In this document: positions 27,450 to 41,375 of the stretch, in pieces
Layout of the letters: each line of letters opens with the position of its first letter
Numbering within the stretch: the first letter of the stretch is position 1
Source: Laetmonice hystrix
Taxonomy: Eukaryota
Direction: 5' to 3'
Assembly: GCA_965235115.1 (NCBI GenBank)
Contig: OZ249436.1
Coordinates: forward strand, 22,818,001-22,882,000
DNA length: 64,000 nt
Notes under the pieces: generated by a model
Told to the model about the DNA's origin: nothing
What the model saw: the letters and a program-made list of their open reading frames with translations, nothing else
Databases searched by the model: none
Translations under genes and position numbers: made by a program

Positions 27450-28044
27450 TAACGATCAGCTTAAGGTTCGGTCATTTATTATGAACAATCCGCGTGCAGA
27501 GTATCCGCTCCAGGCTGAGTACAACTGCCGTAGATGGTACAGCGTACATCTCCGAGTTTCCATCAGTATACTCTATTTGAACCGTATAATCGTCAGCACT
27601 GTCCTAACGTATCACACGTTTAAACCTGGAAACATCAATACTCCAGTAGTGTCGAATTGACCGTACTTAAAATTAACAGAGTAATCCCACTGCACAATAC
27701 TCCTACAGAACAAGTATTGTCTGGCTATATAATCCACTAAACGTATTATGCGCGTCACAGAAACCGGAACTCTACTGTAACACTCCTTTCACATCCCGAG
27801 ATATAACTGAAATACGCCCAATCTTTCTGTCAACCTAACTATTTATATTGGACTTGTTTGTTCGGGAATCTTTCCCTGTTCTATACCTGGGCCTTTCCTG
27901 TTGGTCACTTCCAGTCACGTGCCTTCTACTGCAGCGTCAGCGTTTCTGACCACAGAAACACCACTAGGTTCATTAATAGCTGCCATCCCCCCTAAAAAAT
28001 GAGAAACCCCCAACCAGTACAAGATCTCATGACGTAACTTCTTG

Positions 28045-28275
28045 TAAGGTAAAGGAGGAGTGTATTGGAGTTTTTACGCGCTGTCGGCAGTATTTCAGAC
28101 ATATTCACGGGGATATGAACCATTTAATTCGGTCAAGGGACCTACTGTACCCCAGTGTCGGGGGGGGGGGGTGAAAATCGCCTGCGAAAAATGGGACGGG
28201 TTCTTTTATATGCCCAGTCGCACAGACACGGCTGGACATCAAAGCCTTTCCTAAACCGAGTCGCGGAGCACTGGG
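28045..28275 (-). mobile_element. SINE remnant with Meta-domain-like core
   Basis: Minus strand CCCAGTGCTCCGCGACTCGG..AAAGGC...CTGTGCGACTGGGCATATAAAAGAACCC and tail GAAATACTGCCGACAGCGCGTAAAAACTCCAA; recalled similarity, not searched. Confidence 0.5.
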
Positions 28276-29205
28276 GAGGGCCAGTGAGGCGGCCAGTGAG
28301 GCAACGTAAGGTAAAGGACGTCAATTCTGTTCATGACGTATGTAACGAACAAAACGGCTGAAAAAACGTCTGAAATACGTGTATCACCATTCAGTTTGCG
28401 TCTTACAAAAGGCCAAGCTCCGCCCATCGCCTCATCACAACAGTCGTAGCTCGTGGACGGTCCACCTCGATCGTTCTGTGGGCCGAGAAGGCCCAGGAGC
28501 TTGGCTATAAGGGTGAATTTTAATTTTTTGAATTATTTTAAAAATTATTGTTGTGAGAAGTTTTAGGTACGCAGGGCCCTAGCTTTTTCAGCTGGATATG
28601 TCCGTTTCTGCCCGTCTGGCCGTTGCCAAGGCGTTTCTCGCACTTATCCCTAACTTTTATATGCGTTTTGACCGTTATTCAGACGTGATTAGACGTTCCT
28701 CTATCCGTATCCATCTGTTTTTACCGTTGCGAGGACTGTCTTTGGCCTGAGATCAGGCGCTCATGTTTTCTTGCCGGTTTCACCGTTGCATAGCCGTATA
28801 GACGTACAACCATAAAAGTCTAAAAACCGGTAGGATTCCGCCTGAGTAACGATAAAAACGGCAAAAACCCGCCAGAGTAACATATGAGAACCGCCAATCG
28901 CGATCGGAAGCTGGCCGTTTCAATCTTTGAACATATCCAAAGTTTATAACGGCTAGCGCCGTCTGTCAACGTCTAGATACGTCTGAAAACCAGCTGAAAA
29001 ACGAATTAAAAACGAATTAAAAAGTCCAATAAACGTACGCCTTCGTTTTTCAGACGGAATCGTTAAACGGCGCAGTGGGACAGTAGCTTAGGCAGGGTTG
29101 GTGTTAATGTGTCCCAATGACGTGACATCTGTTAATCAACAAGTTAATCCGGTAACCGGATCCTAACTTCACACTGCTGCAACGAGCCTAGAGTAGGGAC
29201 TAAAC

Positions 29206-29935
29206 CAGTGGTTCCTAACCGGGGTGCATATGCACCCCCAGGGGTGAATGGAGGCACGCTGGGGGTGCGTAGGAACCCAGGGGGAATTTGCTGTGAATGA
29301 CAAAAGCAGGGGGTGAGGAACGACTAAGGGGGAATGGGGGTCAGTGGGGATCCAGGATTTTGATAAGGGGGGGGGGCACCTAAAAAAATGTTTAGCATCG
29401 CTACGCTCGGCATAATTTTATTATGATTGTGACCATTTTGGCACCTTTTGGTCTATTTCAATGATGCATGGCCCAGAGTTATCTTGCTGCTGGACGACTG
29501 AGGAGGCCCTCTTGGGCCCGATGTTACTATCACGTACAATATAGGAGGTTTTTAAAGAATTTTTTGGAATCCTGGTTTCATCTTCATAAAAACGGGGAAG
29601 AAAAGAAAATTTAAGGGGGGTGGGCTGGGCCCCGGGGCCCCCTGGATCCCCCAGTGGGGGTGCATGTTCAAATCAGGGGTACTGATATGACGAAATTGTC
29701 AACTTCATACAAAAAAAATTGTTATTGGAGGGAGTGTTGAAGAACGATTATAAATTGTCAATATTTTTCACTTTTTTAAAACAAAGCAATGTAAAATCAT
29801 TATACTTCAATAAACAGTTTTCACTATCAACACGGAGTGATGAAGTTGAATATGGCGGGTGGGGGGGGGGGGGGTGCACAGGCCGCGACTGGTACAAAAA
29901 GGGGAGTTTGGTGGGGAAAAGGTTGGGAACCACTG
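29206..29935. mobile_element. hAT-type MITE containing a nested second element
   Basis: TIR CAGTGGTTCCYAACC; exact 8-bp TSD GACTAAAC (29198-29205, 29936-29943). Confidence 0.88.
29342..29656. mobile_element. Nested hAT-like MITE; second copy at ~54014-54310
   Basis: CAGTGGGGATCCAGG...CCTGGATCCCCCAGTG ends; ~290 bp shared with 54014-54310. Confidence 0.7.
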
Positions 29936-30469
29936 GACTAAACCTTGAACATCCTAGATTCATATACAAGGTTCCTGGATTGGCAACAAGAATTGCAGAT
30001 GTTGCCCCATTCACTGTGATTGTGCTGCGGAAGGAGAACATGGGCAGATTGGATCAGTCAAGGTCGCCCACCCATAGACTATCATTGAAGGGTATTGATT
30101 GTGCAGACTGTGTTTGTGTCATTCTTTTAAACACACGATGTCTATGTTTACTGAACTGTGACAGAGATGTGGTAGACTTACTGTTCCATTCCTCTAACGG
30201 GATATGGGATCTTGAAATTGCATGGTTTCTTCGGCACCACTGTCAGTTCCTCGTATAGCAGTTGTTAGACAAGAAGTTTTTTCGCCCAATTTTCAAGATA
30301 CCTGGATGAAACTGAGGGGGAAGATTCATCAGGGTATGAATGTCTTGCTCCTGCCACATGATGGAATACCTAATATACTTCATGAATGGTATCAGTTGGT
30401 AGAGATCCGGGGGAAGGCAAAAATCATTCATGGCGTATCACTTTGGCTCCAGAAATCTTTAGATACCTT

Positions 30470-30810
30470 AGTGTTTATCCATTCAGATTTACTTAGTTTA
30501 TCAGCCAACTTAGGTCCTATTTCACGGAAGTATTCGTTTTTATAATTCGCAATGTCTCTCTCGTTAATAATTTGACCAGTTAAATAATTATTGTTAGAGG
30601 AGGTTAATTTTAGTGGAATGTTTCTTGATTATTGGGCAAAACTTCATGTAGATACGAGCAGAATTTCTTGTAGTTGTTTTGGTACGTCTTGAGGTTAGTT
30701 GATATAAAGTCGGTTCTGGCCTTGTCCAGAGACTTTTTTAGGTTTCTGAGTCTCCTAGTGGCAGCGTTGCCTTCTTCATTCTTGGAGTGCCGTGTTAGGT
30801 AGTCATCCAT
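30470..30810 (-). pseudogene. CR1/L2-type LINE ORF2 remnant (region upstream of RT)
   Basis: LRN..KSLDKARTDF...NYKKF...EVLP, then in another frame GQIINERDIANYKNEYFREIGPKLADK, matching the IAxxFNxYFxxIGxxLA motif. Confidence 0.7.
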
Positions 30811-31163
30811 CCTTCAGTCAGAGGTTGTCCCAGTACATGTCTGCCTGTCCATTCACCATGTGTATGGACAGGTAATGCTCCAGGCAGGCATACTCCTTAT
30901 AGCTGTAAAACGTCATGTACAAATTCTGAAAAACGGACGTACATAGGTCTCCGCCCTTTAATTCGTGTTGGAGGCTTAGAGGAAATAAGCCTAGGCCTAT
31001 ACTGTTATCACCAACACGGTTTTTTTTTTGCTCCGAAAACGTAAAAGTTATGCTGTAGTTTATCTGTCGCCAACATGTTATTGCCATTACCACCCTTTGC
31101 TGTCACCAAATTGCAACAAAATATCGTCTTACGTAGCCTTCATAACATGAAGCACGGGCTTAA

Positions 31164-31625
31164 AGCCCTGAACCCACTATGCGATTTCTGCTTGCGACAC
31201 CAGTTGCAAGCATGGCGACGCAGCTCGTCGCAAGGCTTGCGACGAGCCTGTCGCAAGCCTTGAGACTCAGGGACCCGAACCCACTTTGCGACCAATTCTT
31301 GCTATCAGCGTCCCAGGCTTTGCAACTGAAAGCCCTTTATTGCGTCATATGCTAGGCCTACGTACGGACGTATTTTGGTCACATGATATCATTGCTCGCC
31401 ATCTGATTGGTCATTGCCTAGCGACAAGTCTGGCGTTGGTCGCAAGCCTTGCGACAAGAGGGGAAATATAAAACATGTTTGATATTATCACAAGCCATGC
31501 AACTCAATTCTTGCGACCACGGGCTGAGTGCAAGGCTTGCAACAAGGGAACCCACTTTGCGACTGATGCTTGCGATACCAATTGCAAGCCTTGCGATTCG
31601 TGTTTCGCATAGTGGGTTCAGGGCT
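31164..31625. mobile_element. PIF/Harbinger-type MITE
   Basis: TIR AGCCCTGAACCCACTATGCGA, flanks TAA/TTA; internal TTGCGA motif repeats. Confidence 0.82.
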
Positions 31626-33924
31626 TTATGCTCCTGTTTACACGATGAGGGCACCACTAGTATACAAAGGCAGATCCGCACGCCAGCAGCCATAGCAGAG
31701 CCGCACACAATCTCGCGCTTTATGCACAGTAAGTAGAGTTAATCGGGATATTCTAGTGTTATCATGCAACAAGTACCACAAACTTGTTTGGATCCATCAG
31801 TTAGACAGTCCACTCGGCGTGTTTCCTGGAGGATTTCACCTTTTTGAAGGACTTGGGGGGGGGGCAATTTGAACAAAAAAGTCAGAAAACTTCGGGGAGT
31901 AACTGATTTGGGGGGGGGGGGGGGGCTGCAGGAAACCCTGGTCTTTCTCTGCTACTTTCCTGTTTGAATCAAATTATATTTTATTTTGCTCTGTGATGTT
32001 CAGACACACCCCCCCCCTATTGATTATGTTATAGGATAATTGATCCGCCGAGGTAGAGAGTGAATATACCACTATAAGACCGTACATGCTCCATATGGCC
32101 GTCGTATACGATAGGATCGCCACTTGAAAGAGCCAATCAACGCTCTGTTCACTGATATGCAGCATCTACCCTATCTCCCCAGTCTCCAGTCTGCCGCTCG
32201 CTAAATGTATTGTATTTACTTCTCCAGATCCTCGAAGCTTAAAAACGCCGGTCTTATGGTTGAATGGCCGAAATGGATTAAGAGGCACGTATTTTCTATC
32301 AGGATGCCATTCAGAACGGATCATGTTAACTGTAGCAACTCTCATAGAAAGTTTTACATGGCCAGAGATTTTCTGTTCGATGATATGCAATTTTCTATTG
32401 GCGCTGGCCTGAAGGGTAGAAGATTAGATAGTTTGCCTCATGTCTTCCTCATCAAGATGTAACTAACGATGATTGCTAGCCGCTAAGACCAATCGCTGCC
32501 TACACTCTCCACTTTATTGCTACATTAATTTTGGGATATTAATCGACTACTCCATGGAAACATCTGAACAGACAATATGCCGACTTTACAGCTATTATAT
32601 CACGAGTCTATATAGCTCTGGCTATTTTCCTATTTCCTTTTTTTTTGGGGGGGGGGGGGGGAGGGGGCAAGGATTGGACGTTCCATTAAATTATAGATGC
32701 AAATTAAACACATCCGGTGATACTGAATAAATTAGTGACCATCGAAAACAATTTTGTGTAGTTCCATCTCAGAGCTTCCTAACCTCGTGACATTCTCTCA
32801 TATTGTGTAATAATGGAGCTAAGCACTGCCGCAATATTTACTTTGCCTCCAAGGCCAGAACAAGATCTTTACGGAGGTTATCAAAATAATGATCCGATTT
32901 CCTCATTTGTTTTGACATCTATGACCACCGCGGTTAAGATTATTAGCCAAAGAGTAAAATCTGTCATCTTAGGAAACTGGTCATGTTAAAATAATTCAAC
33001 CGCTATTGGACATTTTCTGAAATCAATTTATTACATTTTGTCACGAAAATGTCATTAAATTATTTTTAAAAATCATCTGATTTCACTCGGTTTGCTTTAG
33101 AATTATTAGATAAGGCGATTTCTCTTTTTTTCATAAACTAAAAAGAGTTGTTCGGCCAACACCAATCAATTATAATTACAATTTGCCTGGGGAGTTTGAG
33201 GAAGACTTTCGCAGATAAAGGTTATCTATCAGCGTAATAATTATTATGGGTGAGAATCTCCAGAATCACTGCCATCCACCTTGCAGCTACTACCGGCCAT
33301 TTTTTCTCAAGAACTTCCGCAATTACATTAAAATCATTACAATGCATTGACTCGTTACCATAATGCTTTGGGGGCTTCGAACACACGCTCTTTCTAACTC
33401 AACCGCTGAAAACGACAATACCTACACCCCCGATGTGTCCACGGAATATGACCAAATAATTTAATATACATGACGGAGAACATACATAAGGAAATGGAGT
33501 TGACTATTACACGTGGGTAGACCGTACGGCAGTTCGCAATCCGCCCCTCTTCAGGATTTTACCGCCCAGGCCGTGTTTGGACAGTCCGACAGCCAACACT
33601 GGTAACCCGGATAAAGCCGATTCCGAAAATGCAGATATACAAATATATTGAAATAATTATTGTGTCTGCAGTCGGACGGCAGCCACTCTGGTTTTGCCCC
33701 TGTTTCTAATCGCAAATCGGAATCCTTCCTTCCATCCTTCCTGCTTTCTTGTCACCTTTAGGGGAAAGTTTGTGAGCTAATAACTCGGCCACCTTTTGTG
33801 AGAATAAATGCTATATCATGATGATATTTCCCGACAGTTGGTCCATGTTTAGACTGGTTTGACCTTTGACCTTAGCTATGGCACAAGCGCGCAACACTCT
33901 GCTATGAACACGATAATTTGAGAA

Positions 33925-34862
33925 AACAAGATCCCGTCAGAGTCACAGCCCCCTATCTGTGGATTTAGGAAGTATGTGGAGTATGTGTACTTTGTATTTT
34001 TTATATACAGTCCAGGTGAGAACATCTTTGATGCAGGAGTCAGAAAGAAACTTCATATCTCCAGCCATCATTCGTAAGTGGTTATCAATCTTGAAGTGTT
34101 TTCTAGATATGAATTGTTGAAAATGTCCCTGACCTTTAATGACCTCACTATAATGACTTAATATTACTTCCTAAACATCGTTTATAGAAAGTATAGGCAC
34201 CTTGAACACTTATATTTAATCTGAACACAAAATAAATTGGCACGTTTGTTGCCTCTCGTATGCATTCTCCTGTGGCTGTCACCAGGTTTGAAGGAAATCC
34301 ATATAATTTTGTGAGTTATTTCTCCAAATGTGTTGATATCCAGGATGGACGCAAAGCGGCCATTTTGATTGATATTCAAACTATTTGACCTGTGTCATGC
34401 TTAGACTGTCCCTGATCATTATGTAATATTTCCTGCAAGATAATGTTGTTATCTTCAAATGTTTTGGAGATACAGACCATTGGAATATGTATGACTTTGA
34501 TTAACCTTTCAAGGTCACTCAAGATGATGAAAAATGGCGCCAAACGAAAGTTCATATAAGACTTCCTCTGTCAATAACAGTAACTATTGCGTTATCTTGC
34601 ACCGTTTTTTGAGATATGAGCCAAAACAGTGTTGTTTTGGGGGTCAAAAAACAATAATTTGAACGAAATCGGGATCGTTTTGTCCGAGTTGCTGCTCGAA
34701 ATGTGTTGGGATGGCTCAAGATGGCGGCTGAGCGGCCATTTTGAATGATATCAAAATCTACTTTACGTACATCATCCTCAGACCGTCTATGATCATTGCG
34801 TACAGTTTCATACAATTTGACCCATACACTTCCAAGAAATCGCTGTGTTTCGCTGGGGGGTT
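33925..34862 (-). mobile_element. HINE-like family B copy
   Basis: Starts AACAAGATCCCGTCAGAGTCACAGCCCCC as at 47846; internal blocks shared with 6640-7288 and 39190-40420. Confidence 0.6.
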
Positions 34863-34986
34863 GGGTAAGTTCGATAATGGCTGTGATACGGTGATTATAT
34901 TCAATATGGCGGACCGATTTTAATATGTCACCCAGTTATGTTACGTCACACGTGTCCCTTTTACGTGTCTTTAACGAGATAACTTC

Positions 34987-35060
34987 GCTGTGTTACGTTT
35001 GGGGTGCTCAAGAACATTTGTCTCTAGATAAATATTCTTGAGCACCCCAAACGGAACAGC
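34987..35060. repeat. Short hairpin/palindrome
   Basis: CGTTTGGGGTGCTCAAGAA / TTCTTGAGCACCCCAAACG. Confidence 0.8.
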
Positions 35061-38000
35061 TGCTTAATAGGCCTTACAGCCCATGTCCATCATGTTGTCA
35101 AACAAGCCTCCAGAAGCCAAGGCCAGGAGGATTTCATCTTCACCATCTGTATTATCATCGAGTAGCATAGCTAGGGTTCCTAAATTGGTTTCCATTTGGA
35201 ATAACGCATTTAACAGGGTGCCTAAATTGTATCATAAAATGGTCTATCTTAGATATTAAAGCTACAAAGCTTCCAATATATTTTGGACGGTAAATTTTCA
35301 AGAAATTTTTAAGACTTTACAATTTTCCCCAAATCAGGCAGTGAACAAGTTTTGGTGGCACAAGCAAGGTAACATTTTAAGGGGCAAGTATTGGTTATTC
35401 AGTGTACTTGTTTCCCATTCACCAGATAGCATCGGCGACATCTACAGCTTTAAACGGCACCATGTCAGCCGGTGTGTCCTCCAAAGTCGTGAAGGCTCCC
35501 ACTGCGCGCCAATCTGTTTATGACTTTCAGGAGACTTTTTTAAAAGGTGATACTGTGACAAGACATCGATGATCAAACATTAACGATTCAGCCGTCCTCT
35601 TCTGATCCAGCTTGTTTCATAATGGCGCCAACCTGAGAGCAACGGTCATGTTAAAAAGATGCTTACATAAGTTACGCCGTGGATAACTTTGGCGCGCATA
35701 ATGTTGTAACAGCAATTAGAACCGTTGTTTTTAACGCCACCTTCCCCTGTACAAGACTGAGATATTTCACAACTACCAGATAAAACAACCAGACGATAAG
35801 GGCCGGATTGAAGTGACCACGTTCCCAGGGTTGTTTACTTGAAAGCAATCCCGTATTTGCCGGCGGGTATAATGTCATAAGTCATCCACAAAGCCACTGT
35901 TAATTCGTTCTCCAGTATCTGGGCACAATCTTGATGATGAAAGGCGACAATCAGGACACGCGGTGTGTAGTACTTGCTGCCGAGGTCACTGAATCATTGA
36001 CCTCACTGTGGCATTATTGCCCCACGCTTTGCACTCTGTGGAGACGACACACCTGTCTGTCACAACAGATTAGATTTACATAGATCCACACGTCACCACT
36101 ACGGCTGACCTTATGCCCTGAGGTTTCAACATTTCGGAGATTGTTCCTTGACCACACATCCTACTGGTCACATACTACTTACTGTTCTATTGACAAAGGC
36201 CAGGCCTGGCCAACTTGTCAGGATTACCGACGTCACCGGCGTGTCTAATTCTCGCGAGAGGATTACCACTGCTTCTAAGGGAATGTCTACACGTAACCAG
36301 TATAGTATAGTTTTCTACCGCCACTAAGAGAGTATCCCCTGATAGAAATAACATTACCAGGGCCGTAGCCTGGCCGAAAATCCTGGGGGGGGGGGGGCAG
36401 TGTCCCCTGAAAATTAACCATATATCATTGTGTAAAGTTTCATGCAATTTGACCGATACACCTCTGAGAAATCGCTGTCTGTGGACGGACGGACGGACGG
36501 CCCGACGTACGTACGGGCGGATGGGCCGACGTACGGAGAGGTAAAGGCTTGTTTGAGGCTGGGAGTGAGTGAGTGAGTAACTCCATTGTGTGATAATGAT
36601 GAGATTATAGGAAGAAACCCGCACACCGGGGCGAACCCCTACTCTTTGCGAGTAGGGCCCTTTAACATGTCCCTCCACGTAGACGTATCGCAGAGCCGGC
36701 CTTTCATAGAGCAGTCGGCAGCACTGCTATTATGTAGGAAAGTCTGGCGAGGCCGCAGCTCACTCCCAACATTTTGCATCAAGATCCCGCGCTCTAACTA
36801 CTGCATTGAGGCTGGGATATTGATCTACCGACTCACTTGATACTTTCACAGACAGGCTCATCAGTCGTTTCCATTTACCTCCCGCCATTTTCATTTCACC
36901 TTTGACATAATTTCTTCTGGAATAACAGATGCTAGTGCTTGGGGAGACTCTCGGGACACAAAACACATGATCTCGACCCTAGTCAGCATGATTCGGATGC
37001 GCCCGGCCCAGCCAGAGGCAGGTTAAAATACAGCCAAGAGCTTCATTTGAAGATGCTTTATTTTTCCTATTTTTCGGAGGTGGAACGGAATTTATTCTAA
37101 GTCAAAGCAAATTGTCTGTAAACATTCACTAAACTTTCATTGCTTTAAATAAAGGTCCTGTGTCACTGTCTATATCCATGTAGGCTACAAACAGAACGGG
37201 ATAAATACGGTAAAAGGTTACTTTCGACCATGTTAACTGGAATGTTGGCAGGGCCATCAAACACTGCCCCTGCCAGCACGCCCGCTCTCCGTGGGATCTT
37301 ACCCCATGCCCTTTGGTACGGCAAAAGGGGATCAGAGTAAGGATGGAAGCAGCCGCCCAGGGGTTTATATCAAAGTCTGCAGCCTCCTCATGACCCTAGC
37401 CTAATTGGCATTCTCCACCTTGAACACCTTAATTAAGTTCGGCATTAGGTGAAGGCAGACGGGTGGGGTTAGGGTGGGGTTGGGACTGGTGATTTACTGA
37501 TCACAGGTAGGCCGCAGGTCGTCTCCAACCATCACCACCATTCACACTGACGGCGAATGCACACTCACACCCTTACAAGGCAGGTTAAACACCATCATTT
37601 ACCGAAAGTATAATGAAATATACTTCTACCTCTTATATGACCATCTATATATCACAAATAAGATAACCATCTTATCCCTTAAATTAGGTACAAATATCGT
37701 TTTCCTCTGACTACTGACCAAAAACCAAAACAAAGCGCGTAAAAGACCATCTTTTCTGATGTTTTCAATTCAATGGAAAACATCAGAATTTGCCGGCAAA
37801 TTCTGCACAGAAATATACAAAAAATGAAGTCATTAGTGGTAGCACTCTGTAGTTAAGGACTCCGAGTATCTACAAATGTGTTTTAAGAATACCGATTATA
37901 AATTGTTTTGTCAGTTTAGCAGAAATCCTGCCTGAAACCGACAGCCTTGAATCCCTCCTTAACTTCTGGGATGAGAACCTGCTTCTTTTTGACTGAACGA

Positions 38001-39189
38001 GACTCGGGTAGATGTTTGCAAGTGACGCCAACTTCTGGCATCTCATTCAGCCATTCTAGACGCCTTGCCTGGCTCTCTTTGTCTCCGTCATGGCATCATT
38101 TCAATTCGAGAACCGTGAACAGTATGAGATTACATAGATCTGCATAAAAATGTAATGCAGGAATAAAGTTGAAAAAAAGGAACAATTCCAAAATAACGTA
38201 CTGTTTACATTAGCTGAGGGGTAAAGGAGTGGGTAAACCAAATAACAAGAGATAGTTTTATCGAGCGTATACGCTTCAGCTGTACACATGTATCTTGATA
38301 TCGGGATAGACGTATGCTAATTAAATGGTATATTGAAGCCATGAGGATAAACATTTCTGTGTGACACATAAATTGCAGCAATTACAACTGGACAAGATCT
38401 GGCTTTCCTCTTCTATCTTGGAGCAATTTCCTACATTGTGTTTTATACATCGCAAGTCCTAAGGTAAAACAGAGATGGTAGTTTTATTGCCAGATGTAAA
38501 ATTAAGGAGAACCTGATGCAGTCGTATAAATCGTATTTTCAATTCTGACGTCGAACTCGATAATGTTTCTCCAAAACAGACAGTTGGGCTTCCCCTGCAT
38601 CATTTAGCGAAAACAAAAGTTCCTTCTTTGTGGAGGTTACCGCTTAATTTAAAAAACAAACTTTCCATTTCGCTCCTTTTCTCCAGTCGTAAGAAAGAAA
38701 TCAAACTACGTGTCGTTTACACAGCTCCGGAGTTCATTATGCACAATCGCATGCATTCTCCATGCGCAATTAATCGGTGCATACGCAGTCAAGCCGATTA
38801 GACCGGCTTTATTAATGAACCAGCTCTCACTTCATCCGCGCCCGCTCGTCTTCTACACATAATGAATCCCCCTTCTTTCCTTAGAGACCTAGTTCTGACT
38901 TAATGAGGAACATGTATGTAATTACAATGTTAATAGCATTTTCACCTATGTTGCCTTTTTTTAGTAAACTCTTTCCTTAAAATTCTCAATCAAAACTGAA
39001 TTTTAATGACTGACACCCAACGGGAGTGAGATTTTTTTATTACGTGCAACACTGCACACACAAAGCGTTGCATGCCCGGCCTTTGACATCCCCGTCGTGA
39101 GCACTGGGTGGGGTGGGAACTCCAGAAGTAAGGGGCGAACCCAAGCAACATTGGTTATGGCGGTTTTTAACATAACTAGTGTTTAAACC

Positions 39190-40420
39190 TACTCGGCCTA
39201 CTTCAACTGTTTTGGAATAACAGTCAAATATGCATGACCTTTATTGACCTTTCAAGGTCACTTAAAATCATGGAAAATGGCGCCAAATGGAAGTTCATAT
39301 ATGACCTCCTATCTGTCAATAATAATAACTATTATACAAATATGGCACTTGGTTGAGTGCAATATGAAAATTTATGGCACGATGGCAACGGATATTGCAC
39401 GACGCGAAACGGAGTGCAATATCAGTTTCCAGAGTGCCATAAATTTTCATATTGCACGATACCAAGTGCCATATTTGTCTTATTTTATGACTGCCGCACT
39501 TTTCCTGTCTATGCCAGGACCCATCGACGACTGCACAGTCAGTTTAACTTTACTCCATAAGACTCATCATCTAGACCGAGGCCTACCGGTATGCTGAGCC
39601 TCAGTGAGTCTCACTCACAATTCTACCAGTAAACCATGATCAAAACCATGACCAATCTTAACAGTCAGTCACCACATAAACTTCTCATGTCGGGAAATTA
39701 GATAGGCTACAGGGATCCATCGTGTTCACGACTGCTTTACCTAGCTAGGCTTAGAGCTAGCCTAGACTAGAGGATATACAAGACTCTGAACTCAGCTTCG
39801 CGTAGTTTCCGCTTTGCTATCATACGCTGTCACCCCTCCAGGCTGTTCTATTAAACTTACGTTAAGAATGCCTAAGCGCCTATTTGCACGCGAGGGTGAG
39901 AACACTTGACGGCAGTGAAAAACTAATATTGACTGGTCAATATTACTTTTTCCGTGCAATATTAGTTTTTATCTGTGATCACGTGACAGGGAACTGACCA
40001 ATCAGGACAGGGAAAGTGCGGCAGCCATAAAATAATGCGTTATCTTGCACCGTTTTCGAGATATGAACCAAAACAGTCCAATTTTGGGGGTCAAAAAACA
40101 AATCTGAACTGAGAACACACTGGCATTATATTGCCCCTCATATGCTTCTTCTCTGTACCAACTTTGAAAGAAATTGGGATCGTTTTGCCTGAGGTATTGA
40201 TTGAGATGTGTTTACAAGCCAAGTAGCCATTTTGAATTACCCGGTATATGAAAAATCTATTTGACGTGCATCATTGTCAGACCGTCCCTGATCACTGTGT
40301 CAAGTTTCATACAATTTGACCCATACACTTCTGAGAGATCGCTGCCTACGGGATACGTAGGTACTGACGAACTTATTGATGGTAAATTAGAAGCCCCCGC
40401 CCCTTCGGGCTGGGGGGATC
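39190..40420 (-). mobile_element. HINE-like family B copy interrupted at 39333-40035
   Basis: Colinear with 34455-34845 on either side of the insert; terminal hairpin AGCCCCCGCCCCTTCGGGCTGGGGGGAT. Confidence 0.6.
39333..40035. mobile_element. Double-palindrome insertion (143-bp hairpin plus IR-bounded 555-bp unit), possibly Crypton-derived
   Basis: Hairpin 39336-39478; IR TTATTTTATGRCTGCCGCACTTT at 39480 and 40035; no clear TSD. Confidence 0.55.
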
Positions 40421-40966
40421 TCTGAATAGGGATTAGGAAATACATGTAGCTTCTCTTACTGTAGCCTATATGAGGTGCAAATTCGAGAGACATCAATCAG
40501 CCAGTGTTAGCTGACAATGAGAAATCCTAGGCACTATACACTCAGCATAGCCAATCTTTATAGCAACACAACGTTCCTATTAAAGTTTTTATTCAAGTTA
40601 CGATTTAATCCTAAAAGTATCATGCCCCTCGGAGACAGCAATACATGCCCGGATCGTCCTCAAAATGTTTTTGAACCCAGTACGTTGTATAGTCATCAGT
40701 TTCAACAATTCTCAGCGTGGAGGGGAAAAACAATGATGTGGGACTGGTAATTAATACAACTCCAAGCCAGATTGCAGCGTTCCATAATAATACTGCATCT
40801 TCGACTAACACTTGAAAGGTTGTTGTTCACTGGATACCTACATGAGATCGTGATCTCTCTTTCTGATCGGCCATTCTGTCAAAATTGATTTTTTTCGAGT
40901 CTCCTGAATGGTCAATAGTTATCGCACGATTTTTCCATTCGTGTGAAATGTCAAAATATCGAAGCG

Positions 40967-41375
40967 TGTAAGACCGCAAAATGTAATTTTGACGCAAAAT
41001 GTAATATTACATTTTGCGTCAACGTCAATATTACATGTAATCTTACATTTTGCGGGTAGGGTAGGGTATTTGGGGTTTTACGCCTTGCAACAGCCAGGGT
41101 CATATCGCGGCGGTGAAGATGATGATGAAAGTCAGTTTTTCTTGGTGAGGAAACCGGAGCACCCGGAGGAAACCACCGACCATCGGGAAGGAACTGACTG
41201 ACAAACCTTTCACACATGCAGCCCAGGCCGGGGATCGAACCCGGATCGTCAACGCAAAATGTAATTTTATGACAGTGAAATCACAATATGCGTTAAAATT
41301 ACATTTTGCGGCAGCTAGGCAGACGTGAAATGTAATATTACATTTTGCGTCAAAATTACATTTTGCGGTCTTACA
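40967..41375. mobile_element. Ginger-like MITE (TGT...ACA) with nested SINE
   Basis: TIR TGTAAGACCGCAAAATGTAATTTTGACGCAAAATGTAATATTACATTT; 4-bp TSD AGCG. Confidence 0.75.
41054..41250 (-). mobile_element. tRNA-derived SINE (V-domain-like), 5'-truncated
   Basis: B box GGTTCGATCC, V-like GGTTTCCTCCGGGTGCTCCGGTTTCCTC, tail ending in (TACCC)n. Confidence 0.75.

Noticed and set aside
41220..41250. tRNA gene suggested by a B box
   Set aside because: No A box or cloverleaf; continues into a SINE body
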